This document shows positions 38,025-52,402 of a stretch of 64,000 bases of DNA, one piece after another. Location of the stretch: positions 130,510,001 to 130,574,000 of the forward strand of contig OX597816.1 of the NCBI GenBank assembly GCA_951406725.2, in the 5' to 3' direction. Positions within the stretch are counted from its first letter, which is position 1, and the number at the start of each line of letters is the position of its first letter. This DNA comes from Octopus vulgaris. Lineage: Eukaryota. The notes beneath the pieces were generated by a model. That model did no database searches, was not told the origin of the DNA, and saw only the letters and a list, made by a program, of their open reading frames with translations. The translations under genes were made by a program, and so were the position numbers.

Positions 38025-38615
38025 AAGGCGGCGAAATGGCAAGATCGTTTCTGCGCCGGGCAAAAAGGTTAGCGGCGTTTCGTCTGTCTTTGCATTCTGA
38101 GTTCAAATTCTACCTTTTATATTTTCGGGGTCGATGAAATATGTATCAGTTGAAAATTGGGTCCAATGTAATCGACTAGCTCCTCCCACAAAATTCCAAG
38201 CCATTCGCCTATAGCAGAAAGAATTATAAACACATAAGACGATAAGCTGGCAGAGTCGTTAGCACGCCGGACAAAATGCTTATCAGCATCTCTTCTGTCT
38301 TTATGCTTTGGGTTCAAATTCTGCCGAGGCTGACTTTGCCTTTCATCCTTTCGGGGTTGATAAAATAAGTACTGGTTGATCAATGGTGGTCGAGATAATC
38401 AACATAACCGTTTCTCCCGAAATATCTGGCTCTGTGCCAACATTCTGAACCATTATTAACAGTATAATGAGGTGGCGAGCTGTTACCGATTGGGTAAAAT
38501 GTTATGTTGCATTTCTTTCGGCTTTACGTTTCGCCGAGGTCGACTTTGCCGTTCATCTTTTCAGGGTCGATAAAATAAGTACAAGTTGAGCACGAGGGTA
38601 GAAGCAATCCCCCAA
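38025..38615 (+). mobile_element. Three decayed family-B SINEs in tandem
   Basis: Repeated heads at about 38025, 38237 and 38470 with Meta-like domains. Confidence 0.75.
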
Positions 38616-39664
38616 AAGGATTATTAACATATTATACTTTCATATTTCCCGCCGTGTATTTTAAATGCCACTGACTACTTTGTTTCCGTAAAGTAGAGGT
38701 TTATGGCTTCCGTTGTTTTCGGTTGCAATTTCTGGAAAGTAGAATCAGTAGAATGTTACAAAATACCTTGTGGTGTTTGATTACACTATTTTATATTCTT
38801 TCTGAGTTCAGATATCCTTCGATGAACTTTTAACCTCGACTGTGTAACAATTAAAATTTTTTTATCATCGGTTTGTAAGTGTTATTTCCTATTTACTTAT
38901 GTCTAGAAATTAAAGGAAACGATCACTGTTCCTTTCAAACTTTGCTTTTGTGACCTGGACTTCAGTGTTTTGAAACTGACCTATTTTTCCATTACATTTC
39001 AGACAGATTCAGCGCTGAGTTGCTGAAGCAGAAATATCGTCAAAGCAAATATTCTCCTCAATACCACAAATTTGCTTGACCAACCACTTGAGCATGTTCC
39101 ATAGTTGCTTGACAATATGTGCATCTCTGATCATGAATAAGAGTAGTGGGAGAGCATCATAGCCATATGTTGAGAGGGATTCTTTGGGGTTTGAATTTAT
39201 GTAACAAAAACAAAGAATGAAAGAAATATTAGTCATTATTCATACTTTCTAAGAGTAAGCAAATAGGAAGTAACAGTTGCTACCCAAGGACAAAAATCGT
39301 GTTACACAGTGTAATGTTTGAAACGACCAACCATTATACAATGGCAATTCACCTTTCATTCACAACAGGGTACAGTTGTCGGAATGAGACAATTGTGCGT
39401 GGCTGTTTGAACGCTGAGGGTCTGGCACAGGTTACTGGAATAGTCAACCTCTTTTGGTGACCGTACGTTTTATTGCTGGAGGAAAACACATACACGCCCC
39501 ACGCGGGCAGAAATGTACAAATGCAGAGAGGGAGGAGGATGGAGACATTAAACATACATACATACATACATACATACATACATACATACATACATACATA
39601 CATACATACAAGCATAACTAGATGTCCATACACGTAAACAGAGAAAGAGAGAGAAGTGAGAGAG

Positions 39665-39744
<80 letters not shown>

Positions 39745-39852
39745 TTAAGATGAGAGAAACATTAAAGCCCCTGATGTCAAATAAGTTAGTATCGAATCAG
39801 CGACGCCAAATAGGCGGGGCTACAACAGCTCTGTCAAAACGTTTCATACCCT

Positions 39853-39889
<37 letters not shown>

Positions 39890-40945
39890 AGGTAGCTGTT
39901 GTTGTTTAGTTTCAGATCAAATCTGATTCAACAGACCTATGATCGAAGACATTTCTGCGGTGACTCACCCATTTTTTTTCTTATGGAGACGTATGATTGC
40001 CTTACCCGGAGTGTCTTTTCCATTTTTAAGAAAGTCGGATGTAATTTTAGCGTGATCCGGCTCCTATTCCTTGCCTATTGGCTCGAACAGGAATACATAC
40101 CGTCATTCATTAGTGGAACACTGGCATTGATGGCGGTGGTGACTACGTTGAGATGTAAGGATACGAACCTGTGATGTATAAGTTATAGTTAGGTGTACGA
40201 TAGGTTTGACTGTGTTCCTTATCTCCCCTTTTTTATATAATAAAACACATTGCATTACTTTTTGACTCACCGTCGCACTTCCACCTGACATCTATTCATA
40301 AAGAGTCAAGAAACAGAGGGAAGATTTGGAAATTTTTAAATAACTTATTTTGTTGTACAAGTAACAATAATGAGGGAACTTCTATGTGGTCACTCGATCA
40401 GGTAGAAATAAGAGCCAAATCTCCCACATGTTATACGATATTCTCTTAAAAAAAAAAAAAAGGACAAACTGATCAGGGATACCTTGATAGGCAAAGACAC
40501 AGGACATGGTCATAACTGGGATGCCTTCGATCACAGATTTCTCTATCAGAGCAGATCTGTGTTCAGCAGCCACAGTTGCAAAATATTACAAGAGCCAACG
40601 TAAGACCCGTTTACGCGGTTGCTCGACCTACTAGAAATAGAAGCCAAATCACATTCTATTATCTGAAACAAAACAAAAAGTAAATAAAATCAAATAAAAG
40701 AGAATACATTCGAAAATGTAACTCAAAAAAAAAAAAATGTCGGGATTGTCTTTCCTGGAATGCCTTTGATCATAGGCATGCTCGATCGGGGTTGAATTGG
40801 AGCTAAATAATAACAGCAATAACAACAAACAAGAAACACTATAACAACTACCGCCTTAACCGCCGCTTCCGCCTCCGCCTCTGCCGCCACCACCACCACC
40901 ACCACCACCACCATCACCACCACCGCCACTGCCGTCACCACCACC

Positions 40946-40983
<38 letters not shown>

Positions 40984-41074
40984 AACAAACATTTTCTAAA
41001 TATCAATGAAATAAAAACATAACAGAAACAACCACAATATCATCATAATCACCATCATCATCACCACCACCACC

Positions 41075-41108
<34 letters not shown>

Positions 41109-41427
41109 TAATCATCATCATCATCATCAACAACAACAACAACAACAAAAAGTACACACAATTTCAATGATCTAACAAAACTATCGTTTTAATCATTTGG
41201 CGAAAAAAAAGAAGATAAATAAAAACGAAATAGAAAAAAATAAGCAACCACATTTTAAACTAGTGAATTGGTACCCCAGCGTGCTTTCATTCAGGTACGA
41301 GTATCCTTCAGTTAATTCATTAAGCAAACCAAATCAAACATTCTCTGACATCACTCTACATAACCGCGTTTAGAGAGTCATAACCATCCGAATAATAATA
41401 ATAACAACAACAACAACAATAATAATA

Positions 41428-41630
41428 TTGGTTTCAAATTTTGCTACAAGGGCAGCCATTTTGGGGGAGGGGATATGTTGATTACATCGAGCTGGTACTT
41501 AATTTATTGACTCCGAAAAGATGAAAGGCAAAGTCGACCTCGGCGAAATTTGAACCCAGAACGTAGCGATCGGCGAAATATAGCTAAGCATTTCGTACAT
41601 CGTGCTAACGATTCTGCCAGCTCGCCACCT
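41428..41630 (-). mobile_element. SINE family B between (TAA)n tracts
   Basis: Reverse-complement head GATTCTGCCAGCTCGCC and Meta-like domain. Confidence 0.8.
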
Positions 41631-41633
41631 TTT

Positions 41634-41685
<52 letters not shown>

Positions 41686-41789
41686 TGGATGTTGATGATG
41701 ATGATGATGATGATAAAGACATCCTTCAAATCGTTTAGAGTAATCATAGGCGAGATGGTGTCACCACCACCACCACCACCATGTTAATT

Positions 41790-43360
41790 CCAGTTGTGAA
41801 TGCCCACGGCCACCTTCTTTTCTTGCCAAGTAAATTCGGTCTATATCTGCTTTAGCGTGGTGCATTCTATGCATTGTCAACAATTTTCGTATTTTTCAGT
41901 CAAGATTACATATTTCAGTAATTGACCAGTTAATGATATTGATCGCTTCGATCCTGTTTCTTGCATTCAGCTCTGTCTTGAGTATTGTCCTTACCCTGCA
42001 ATAACATTCTCTTCTGATCCTTTTCCCCATCCCTGAATGTTTGATTCCGTCCCCTTCAAATACCCCTAGGTATTTGTAGCTCTCTGCTTGTTCTAACTCC
42101 TTTATGACATTCTGCTGGTCAAGATTAACGTTAGATGTTTCTGTCATTTTTCCTTTGATCAAGGTAGCTTTTGCACAATTTTCGAGGCCAAATTGAATAC
42201 TGATGTCATCACTGAATTGTTTAACAAAGCCCTAGAGTTATTGGTCATTTTTTGTAAAGAGCTTTAAATCATCCATGTAAATGAGATGATTTATATTTTT
42301 ATATGAGATGATTTATATTTTTATTTTATAGCCGTATTGTACATCATCGAGCAATTTCGAGAGAGGTATTAAGGCTAGACAAAAGAGGAGTGGTGATAGA
42401 GAGTCATTCTGGAAAATGCCACATGAAATTCTGACATCTCCAGCATTGAGGGATTCATTGTCACTGTTCAAAGTCAGTGTGGTTCTCCATGATTTCATAC
42501 TTACAGACAAAAAGATTCGCAGAGTAGGAGCTATTTTATACATTTGCAGACATTTCTTAATCCAGTTATGTGGTAGAATATCAAAAGCTTTTTTATAGTC
42601 TATCCTGGCTATCGACAAGTTTTTGTAACGTTTGTAACAATCTTCCAAGGTCATCATATTGATGAGTAGCTGATCTTTACAACCATAAAACCCACGTTTA
42701 CATCCTTTTTGCGCATTAGGGAATATGTCACTTTCTATTAGAAAACTATAGGTATATTTAGTCAAGACAGATGTTAGTATTTTATACATTATTGTTAAGC
42801 AGGTTATGGGTCTATAATTTTTTGGTTAATTTGTTTCTTCATATTTTGGCAAAATTTTTGTTAGCAGTTCATAACTCTCTAAGAAGGCATTCAACCAGAA
42901 GTTAGGAATTTTATCCTTTACTAGAGACTTCCATTTGCTTGACTTCCTGAGAGAAGATCTTACATCCTCTACCTTGATTCCTTCCCACCTTTGGTCTTCT
43001 TAGGAGTCTAAGTCTGCAGATATTCTATCAATCCAAGGGGCCTTTTCATGTGTGTTTTTTCTTCTTCCCAAATTTTATTCCAAAATTCCTGCACTGATGG
43101 GACAGACTTTACTGTAACTGGTATTTTCCCTATCTTCCCGTAAGAATTTTTTAGGTTATTTTTGAACGTATTGTTGTCCTTGAAGAATCTAATGCGCTTT
43201 TCATACCTTGATATGCGGGCAGCTTTAGCAGATATCTTTTACTTGATAGTTTCTATGGAGGTATCGATGTCAAGTATGATTTTCACATTATATATATTTT
43301 TTTAATTTTCATATTTTTGCTGGTTTGATAGTCTTGTCAAACTCTAGTTTTTTTAAACAT
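41790..43360 (-). mobile_element. R4/Dong-clade LINE reverse transcriptase fragment (pseudogene)
   Basis: Peptides NYRPITCL, QKGCKRGFYGCKDQLLI, IDYKKAFD, GIFQNDSLSPLLFCLAL, YMDDLKLF, YKYLGV and ELNARNRIEAIN, with frameshifts and stops. Confidence 0.9.
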
Positions 43361-43465
43361 TCTATGTCAGACATAAGTAGCTGAATTTGAATACGCTCTT
43401 GCAAAGTAGGCTTTTTGTGGGAATGTTGTCATTTTCTAATCTTTTCACCACATAGAATCGTTGAG

Positions 43466-43542
<77 letters not shown>

Positions 43543-43622
43543 TTACGCGGATGCATAGTAAAGGTGGTTGAGATCTGTAATATCAGCATCATTAGCTGAA
43601 ATTATGTGTGTCTGTCTGTCTG

Positions 43623-43720
<98 letters not shown>

Positions 43721-43809
43721 GCAGTGAGAGATAAAAATATTTTTTTTCATGTTTACAGCTGTTTCGTAGTCTGTAATCAGTTACATCATTTTGTGCAGAT
43801 TACGAGGGA

Positions 43810-44260
43810 TGATATTTTTTTTGTATGTCCGCAATATTACCGGGGCCAAAAAATGTTCATTATGCTCTCTTGAAAAACGGTATCTCTTAAGATCTTTGAG
43901 AACCTCCAACGATTACATAAATTCGAGGAATGGGATTTTTTTCGGTAATGTCCTCATTTCAAGAAATACATCTTGCCGGAATTTAAAACCAGGCCATCGA
44001 CACTTATTAAACCATTAACATCTTGTTTACGTCTGCTTGACATCAGTTATGGCAACGTTGGCTATCTCTATTGTGTTTTTCTTCTTGTCTTCTTTACCAG
44101 CGTCACTTGTTTAAGCGTTATCTGTTCAAAAGACAACTGACAAACGGTCTTGTTTTCAGCTTGATTAATGGCGGAATATATCATTGTTTCGACTAAGAAA
44201 CCCCGGGAGCTGTATTTACAAGATTTGTTTTATTTTACAGTTCTAAATTTAAGAGCTGAG
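43810..44260 (+). mobile_element. Penelope-like element 3' end (C-terminus of the GIY-YIG region plus 3' terminal repeat)
   Basis: KKCSLCSLEKRYLL...INSRN..., then CPHFKKY after a frameshift, matching the PLE CxLCxxEK...NxR...CxH C-terminus. Decayed hammerhead at 44157-44212. Confidence 0.72.
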
Positions 44261-44261
44261 G

Positions 44262-44440
44262 AATTATGTACATTATTTACATTCGGCGGATATTTGTCCT
44301 CATCTTGTTTGTTGTCAACACAACGTTTCGGCTGATATACCCTCCAGCCTTCTTCAGCCCACGGGCATATGCCGTAGTGGTTAAGAGCGCGGGCTACTAA
44401 CCCCAAGATTCCGAGTTCGATTCCAAGCAGTGACCTGAAC

Positions 44441-44517
<77 letters not shown>

Positions 44518-44669
44518 TAACATCGAAGAATACCTTAGGAATGAGAACCCAGGTTCGAAATTTCCCCAAGACACCTGAAGAAGGCTGGAGAGTATATCAG
44601 CCGAAACGTTGTGTTGACAACAAACAAGAAGAGGACAAATATCGTCGAATGTAAATAATGTAAATAATT
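44262..44669 (+). mobile_element. tRNA-headed, hammerhead-bearing short element with an inverted partial duplication
   Basis: 44262-44357 is the reverse complement of 44575-44669. Between them: a tRNA-like head (A-box TGCCGTAGTGG at 44370, B-box GAGTTCGATTCC at 44413), (TAA)n and a linker. Confidence 0.8.
44570..44615 (+). ncRNA. Minimal type-I hammerhead ribozyme, intact core
   Basis: GACAC-CTGAAGA-A-GGCTG(GAGAGTATAT)CAGCC-GAAAC-GTT-GTGTT. Confidence 0.82.
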
Positions 44670-44687
44670 GTTATTTTTTATTATTAG

Positions 44688-44837
<150 letters not shown>

Positions 44838-45311
44838 AGCACACTCATGCAAACAATGAGGGGAGAACAGTACTTGAATACCAATGGTAGAATAAAGTAT
44901 TTTATTGAAGCTGAAGAAATTTCACATAATCGTTCGTCAATGTACATACATATATATTACGCAACACGAAGAGTTTAACTGACAATTTTTTTTCCAAATG
45001 AAGATGAACTATATTCCTACTGTACTGCATTCCTGTTTCAACTTCAATAAGAAATGCAGAAACCATTCTTAGTTTTCCTGATCATCAACAGAACTCTTGA
45101 CAACACACTTGTCTGCATGTTTGCCATTCGTTCCTGAAAATAAGACAAAATAAACGAGCAGCAAAGAAAAAAAGAAAAAAGCAGCCTAAACTTTTGTCAA
45201 GATAAAAACTATTGTCGTTAAGCACCCATTCGGTCTTTGTTGTGGAGGTAAAAATCACTGCTGGCATGACCATCTCATCTCTTCTGATATAGCTTATATG
45301 GAATTTCGATA

Positions 45312-45747
45312 CTTTATCTTTTACTTGTTTCAGTCGCTGGACTGCAACCATGTTGGTGTACAAACCTTGAAAGGTCTAGTCGAAGAAATCGACCCCAGTA
45401 CTTATTTTTTAAAGTTTGATTCTTATTCTATCGTAATCTTTTGTCGAACCGCTAAGTTACGGGAACGCAGAAGCGTAAACAAATATAACGAGCTCACTGC
45501 CTGTTCTGGAACTGTTATTTTATATATTGCTGACAGGGAGATGTATCGCTGCAATCTCTAGCGGTCGAACGTCCAAAGGAAGGTCGAAATCACGTGATAT
45601 GGAGGTCCAGGTGCTGTGGTGGTGGGATTTATCTTCCCGCTAGCGATATAAACAAAAGTGCATTTTGCACAAAAAGTCAATATGAGAGTTTCTCTAATGG
45701 TAACTACCGCAGTAAAATTTGTTCTAGCACAATATCCACATTTAAGT

Positions 45748-45800
<53 letters not shown>

Positions 45801-45950
45801 GTATGTACATGATAAGCTTCCACACAGTTTCTGTTTACCAAATCCACTAACAAGGTACTAATCGACCCAGGTCTACAGTAGAAAACACTTGTCGAAAGTG
45901 CCGTGCATTGGTGCTGAAATCAAAACCTTGTGGCTGCAAAACTTACTTCT
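45312..45950 (-). mobile_element. Decayed SINE family A interrupted by a ~270-bp unrelated insert
   Basis: Tail at 45312-45480 and head at 45805-45950. Confidence 0.65.
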
Positions 45951-46461
45951 TGTCGTTTGAGGGAGATTTGACTGCTGTTTCTAGCTGCTTAAAAGACCAC
46001 ATAAAGGCTGCTTTGTTGGTTCATAATGATAATAGTTTTAATGATGTGTGTCCTATTAGGTTTACTTTAACACTTCGCAAGTTATTTATCTTTTACTTTT
46101 ATATGTTTTATAATTTTTTTAATTTTATATTTTTTACTTTTATTTTTTTCATTTCAGCGTCGTCGCACTTGTATTTCTTACCTTTATTTCAGATACAAAG
46201 GCTTGCCATATCATATCTTCCCTGAGATATTCCTTTGTTTCGTTCAGATGTTTTGCAATGTTTGTTGTGGTTGCTTTTAGTTGTTCATGTTGTCGTTGTT
46301 GCTCGTGTATACGTATACATATATGTCAATGTATGTGTGTGTGACTGTGTGTGTACATGTAAATACATAATGTATGTATGGAATATATATATATGTAAAT
46401 ATGTGAATATATGTGCGTGAGTGTATATGTGGGTGTATTTGTGTGTGTGTATGCATATATG

Positions 46462-46514
<53 letters not shown>

Positions 46515-47335
46515 GTGTGTATATAAGTGTATGCGTGATTGTAGACGTTTGCGTTTCAGCGCAAATGGTTGTTTGTTTGTTAGCACAGAACCAAACATGT
46601 AAACTCCGTAGACGTAAGACCATTGTGATTGCCGGTATATAGAGTTACCAGTCGAAGTCAAATCTACTTATCTTTTAAAACTTGTCTTTATCTGAAGAAT
46701 TAGTCGATGTTTAGAGGCGATACTCTGATTGAAGTAGGAGAAAAATACGTCTCATGCGTGACTGTTTATACCTAAATTAGATATGCGATACCTCATTTCT
46801 ACATTTGTGTTGTTGAGTTCAGTTAGTCTCCATCACAACAACGCAATACATTATTTATTTGTTTATACATTTGTTTATATATTTATTTATACATTTGTTC
46901 ACTTGATTATGTGTAGTACAAACTAGTATTACTTGGAATGAAACGATGCGTCACAGGTATTATTGTTGTTGTCGTTGTTGCCGTTGTAGTTGCTTTTTTT
47001 GTCCCGGATAAATGACAATAGAACAGACCTTATAATCAGAGGGTATTGCCATCTCTTCATAAAGCGTCTTTTTTATTAATTCTACTACATAAATGCGAAT
47101 GTATGTTGTTTAGTAGGTGTATTTAGTTCAAAAAGATTTCAAAACAGTGCATCTGCGAGAAAAACGAATTTGATTTTCGAAATCTGCGTCCCAAAGACAA
47201 TGTTGCCCGTAAATAATAACGAAAAAATATAATTTGCTACGAGAAATAACTCAACTTTTAGATCCACAACTCTCTTACTCTTTATCTGTCACCTCAATCT
47301 AGTACTCTCTATCATCACATGAATTTATCTCCCTT

Positions 47336-47400
<65 letters not shown>

Positions 47401-47674
47401 ATGAGTAACTATTGAAATTCTGAGCGTGCATTCGTAAAAAGAAAATTAAAGAAGGACTCTCGCGCTGTTGATCAGGCATTCGTGGCTTTTGTTGGGTTTT
47501 CCATGAGGACCTTAAAGCGTCTCCCCTATTGGGAATTTTAATTTGTTTAATTTTTATTGTTAAGCTTTGTTTAGACGCGGAAAACCTATTGTATCGTCCC
47601 GTTTTTGTCTTTTATGTTATTGCATGTCCTTTAATGTTATTTTATGTGAGCCCTTGAGGCTAATAAAAGTATGA

Positions 47675-47746
<72 letters not shown>

Positions 47747-48342
47747 TTTTATTTTTTATTTTTTTAATTTTAATTTTTTTTTTTATTATTATTGATATCA
47801 ACGGCAAATCTAAATAATTAATAACAACAACAATAACATTAGGGACAGCAAGCGATATTAGCATTAAACAGCTATACAATAAATTCTTAATTATATTAGA
47901 GGGTACACGAAGCACCGATGTACACATACATTCAAGAATTTGGTCGGCCCCAGGCTCTTGTAGAAGACACTTATCCAAGGTGTCACGCATTGCGACTGAA
48001 ATTTGAATTCAGAACGTAAAGACGGATGAAAAGCTTCTAAGTATTTTATTGGGTTTGCAAATGATTCTGCCAGCTCGCCGCCAGATTGTAGGTTCTTAGT
48101 AATATACTCATTAAATAAACGTTCACTCAGTATACACATACACACGCGCGCACACACACATACACACACATATACATACATACGTACACACATACATACA
48201 TACATACATACATACATACATACATACATACATACATGCATACATACATACATACATACATACATACATACATACATACATACATACATACATGCATACA
48301 TCTGTGTGTGTATATTTGTGGGTATATTATATATATATATGT

Positions 48343-48518
48343 CTTTAACTCTTCTACTTGTTTCAGTCATGTGACTGTGGCCTTGCTGGAGCACCGCCTT
48401 TAGTCGAGCAAATCGGCCTCAGGACTTATTCTTTGTAAGCCTAGTACTTATTTTATCGGTCTCTTTTGCATGGACGTAAACACAACAGCATCGGTTGTCA
48501 AGCGATGTTGGGGGACAA

Positions 48519-48603
<85 letters not shown>

Positions 48604-48760
48604 CATGTATACGACGGGCTTCTTTCAGTTTCCGCCTGCCAAATCCACTCACAATGCTGTGGTCGGCCCGAGGCTATAGTAGGAGATACTTGCCCAAGGT
48701 GCCAAGCAGTGGGACTGAACCCGGAGTCATATGGTTGGTAAGCAAGCTACTTACCACACG
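48343..48760 (-). mobile_element. SINE family A
   Basis: Family blocks with internal (CA)n. Confidence 0.88.
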
Positions 48761-49027
48761 GTCAATCCTGTGTGTATATTATATATATATAATTGCATTC
48801 ATTCATGGACGGAAAACGTACAGTACTAAGAGTATTTGTTTGTCATTTAGTCTGGGCAATCAGTATGTAAATACTCCCACAGATACAAAATGGCGATTTC
48901 AATCTAAACGCTTTGACATATTACATTCCTGCGAAATACATTCCAACAAGGATGAATAGAAGTTACCATTTTAACATTTCTCGCTAATAGAAATCTTACC
49001 GCCGCCACCGCCACCGCCACCGCCGCC

Positions 49028-49066
<39 letters not shown>

Positions 49067-49614
49067 ACCACCACCACCAATAACAACAACAGTGTAGTAA
49101 TGGCAACAACAACAACAAAACTTAATACTACGGGCAAAACGAAAGACCACACCAATAAATACTGACAAATTTTCTGGAATCTTTCCGTCGCTCAGTGATG
49201 TCGCAGGAAATACTATTATACACCTCTTAATTACCCTCGGTTAGATCAAAGGAATGTTTTCTTCTTCTTCTTCTTCTTCTTCTTAGTTCTATCTTGCAAG
49301 ACATTGGTCCAACCTTTGTCGACTGCTATTTACAAAAGGACAACGTCTCATACATCAATCATAAATATATTCTGTTGAATTTAGAATTTACGTAAGTTCT
49401 CTATCAAAACATTTATTAATTGCATCAGAAAAAAATCTAACCCATATAAGCATTCAATTACTATGAGACCGAAGAATATAAATCAACTGTCTGTTCCCTC
49501 TATGGACCCATTTGAGCCCTCTTCTGCTCGGATGGACCCTCCTAGCCATTCGATGTATAAAAAGATCATGTTATATTTTTTATAATTAAATATTATTAGA
49601 AATCTTTATTTTTT

Positions 49615-50022
49615 TTTTTACTTGTTTCAGACATTAGACCGCGGCCATGTTGGGGCACTGCCTCGAAGAAATTTTAGTCGAATGAATCGACCCCAGTACT
49701 TGTTTTGCTTTTAAAGCCTAGTACTTATTCTATTGGTTCTCTTTTGCCGAACCGCTAAGTTACGGGGGCGTAAACACACCAACACCGGTTGTGAAGCGGT
49801 GGTGGGGGACAAACACAGACAGAGAGACACGTGCGCGCGCACACACACACGCACACATACACGCACACACACACACTCGACGAGCTTCTTTCAGTTTCCG
49901 TCAACCAAATCCACTCACAAGGCTTTGGTCGGGTCGAGGCTATAGTAGAAGAGCCTTGCCCAAAGTACCACACAGTGGGACTGAACCCGGAACAATGTAG
50001 TTGGGAAGTAAGCTTCTTACCA
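49615..50022 (-). mobile_element. SINE family A inserted in a hAT-type MITE remnant (end GAGAAGCACTG at 50161)
   Basis: Family blocks; Charlie-like terminus downstream. Confidence 0.85.
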
Positions 50023-51162
50023 CACACAAAAAATTGTTAAAATATTTTATTGTAGAAGCATCACTGATCTATTGCAGATAAATTTTAATAAAATCTTATA
50101 TGGTGCCCTAAGGGCCATATGGACTCTCAATGGCCATATACACCTCGTTTGAGAAGCACTGCCCTAAACTGCCACTACTTCCAGCTAATTTCTTTAAAAT
50201 GTTCACTTCTATGTAATTGTTTTCCTGTTTCTGTTGATGGTGCTATTTCCAATTTTCCCTCATTTAACTATAGACATCCTGAATGCCATTTTCCATTCTC
50301 CCCTTTCACATATCCTATTCGGTCACCTACATTAGCTCACTGACGAAACCCCATTAATAGATACATATTGTCTACGATTTCAACCACGTGTGAAGGTGAT
50401 CAATGACATGCTAAATTCCAAGACAACCTATCATGTGTACAGATGGAGAAAACACTTAACGTTTATTTGCCCAAAATGCAAACTTTCAGAGCAATTGTAG
50501 GCTTACAGAAGCTATGTGCTATACAAGCTACATTTCTGAGGAACTATTCTCAACCATAAACTAAAAAATAAAGCGTAATTAAATAAGATTCTAATTACTG
50601 ATGTTTAACAATTATATTTATATTGTTGGGGGACTCATTCCATCAGACTTCACAAAATACTATAAAATATATACATCAAGGTTATACTTTGTTTTTGTGT
50701 TTGGTTTGCAAGATTCTTTATGAGAATTCGTGTGTTGAAGAAAATATTGGCGTAATGACTCTTCCTAGACACAACAAAATGTCAAAGTTATAACTATTTT
50801 GCTTGCATATGCTTTTACCAACTCTTACCCATTAGATGCACATTACTGTATGTCTACATGGCGATTCTCTTATCAATACTTCATGCAAGTACACTGAAGA
50901 CTAATATTTAGCTAAAAAGGTCTAATAAAGCCTGAAGCATACCCGGCGTTGTCTCCGGTATGTAACAAAACAATTCAAGCAAAATATCTCATTGAGTTAA
51001 TTGCTGTCTTTTATTTACTTCATAAGTATTTTTAAATAAGCTTTTCAATGATGGTAACGATGACGACGACGACGATGATGACAACGATGATGATGCTGAT
51101 GGTGAAGACCAGTACCACCACTAGCACCATCAACACCACGAGTACCACGAGCACCACGATCA

Positions 51163-51233
<71 letters not shown>

Positions 51234-51353
51234 TTATCTATCTATCTGTCTGTCTATAGATATATGTATATACGGACGGATATATATATATATGTGAATG
51301 TGTGCATGTGTGTATGTGTGTTCATATATATATATATATATATGTATGAAGAC

Positions 51354-51402
<49 letters not shown>

Positions 51403-52057
51403 AATGTATCCGTACGTACATACATATATCTATGTATTGATATGTATGCTCTCACACATATACATATACATATACAAACGCAAAGACATACACATGCATG
51501 TACACATAGTCATTCACATACACACATATATAGACTTATACAAACGTATTTCCATATACCCCCCCCCAAAACAGAAACAGAAACAGACAAAAACCCCCAA
51601 AAAACCAAAAGAAAAACCATGGGAAAATATCGAATTCTGACCGCTCTAGGTTGGTCTATTACTCCAAACACATCATCTCATAATTAGCCTTGATTCGGCT
51701 GGGATCAGTTGTTTCACATTGAGGTGCGAAATATCGGAGACATGACATTTTGAAAACCTTAGTGCGGATCGCTTGCTCAGAAAGCTTCCCCACCAGTTCA
51801 AAAGGATTGGACTCTGTTAGTGATAAAGATGTCGTGTCCACTGGCGAAGCGGTGTCATGTATATATATATATATATATATATATGAAGTTTCTTGTTTAG
51901 GTGAGAGAGGTATTTTATTGATGGAAACAAAGGTAAGCTCAGCATCGTAAAAAATCATAATTCTGTGCTAAAGCGACAATGGATGGAAATCTTATCGCTA
52001 GTGATGGTAGGGTCAGAGACATTATATCCTAGGTTATGCGCACGCGCGTCTGTGCGT

Positions 52058-52125
<68 letters not shown>

Positions 52126-52130
52126 GTGTG

Positions 52131-52184
<54 letters not shown>

Positions 52185-52341
52185 CTTATACGCACACACA
52201 TGCATGTGTGTATATCAAATCAATGACTTGTATAATGTTTATGATCACATACACACGTAGATATATTAAACACAAATATGAACGTATAAACATACACACG
52301 TACATGCATACATTCAAACACGAAATACACACTATCTATCA

Positions 52342-52402
<61 letters not shown>

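Noticed and set aside
44363-44435. Possible functional tRNA gene
   Set aside because: A and B boxes are present, but there is no complete acceptor stem or T-run terminator; treated as a tRNA-derived head.
50340-50350. CTGACGAAAC
   Set aside because: No stem II between the core halves.
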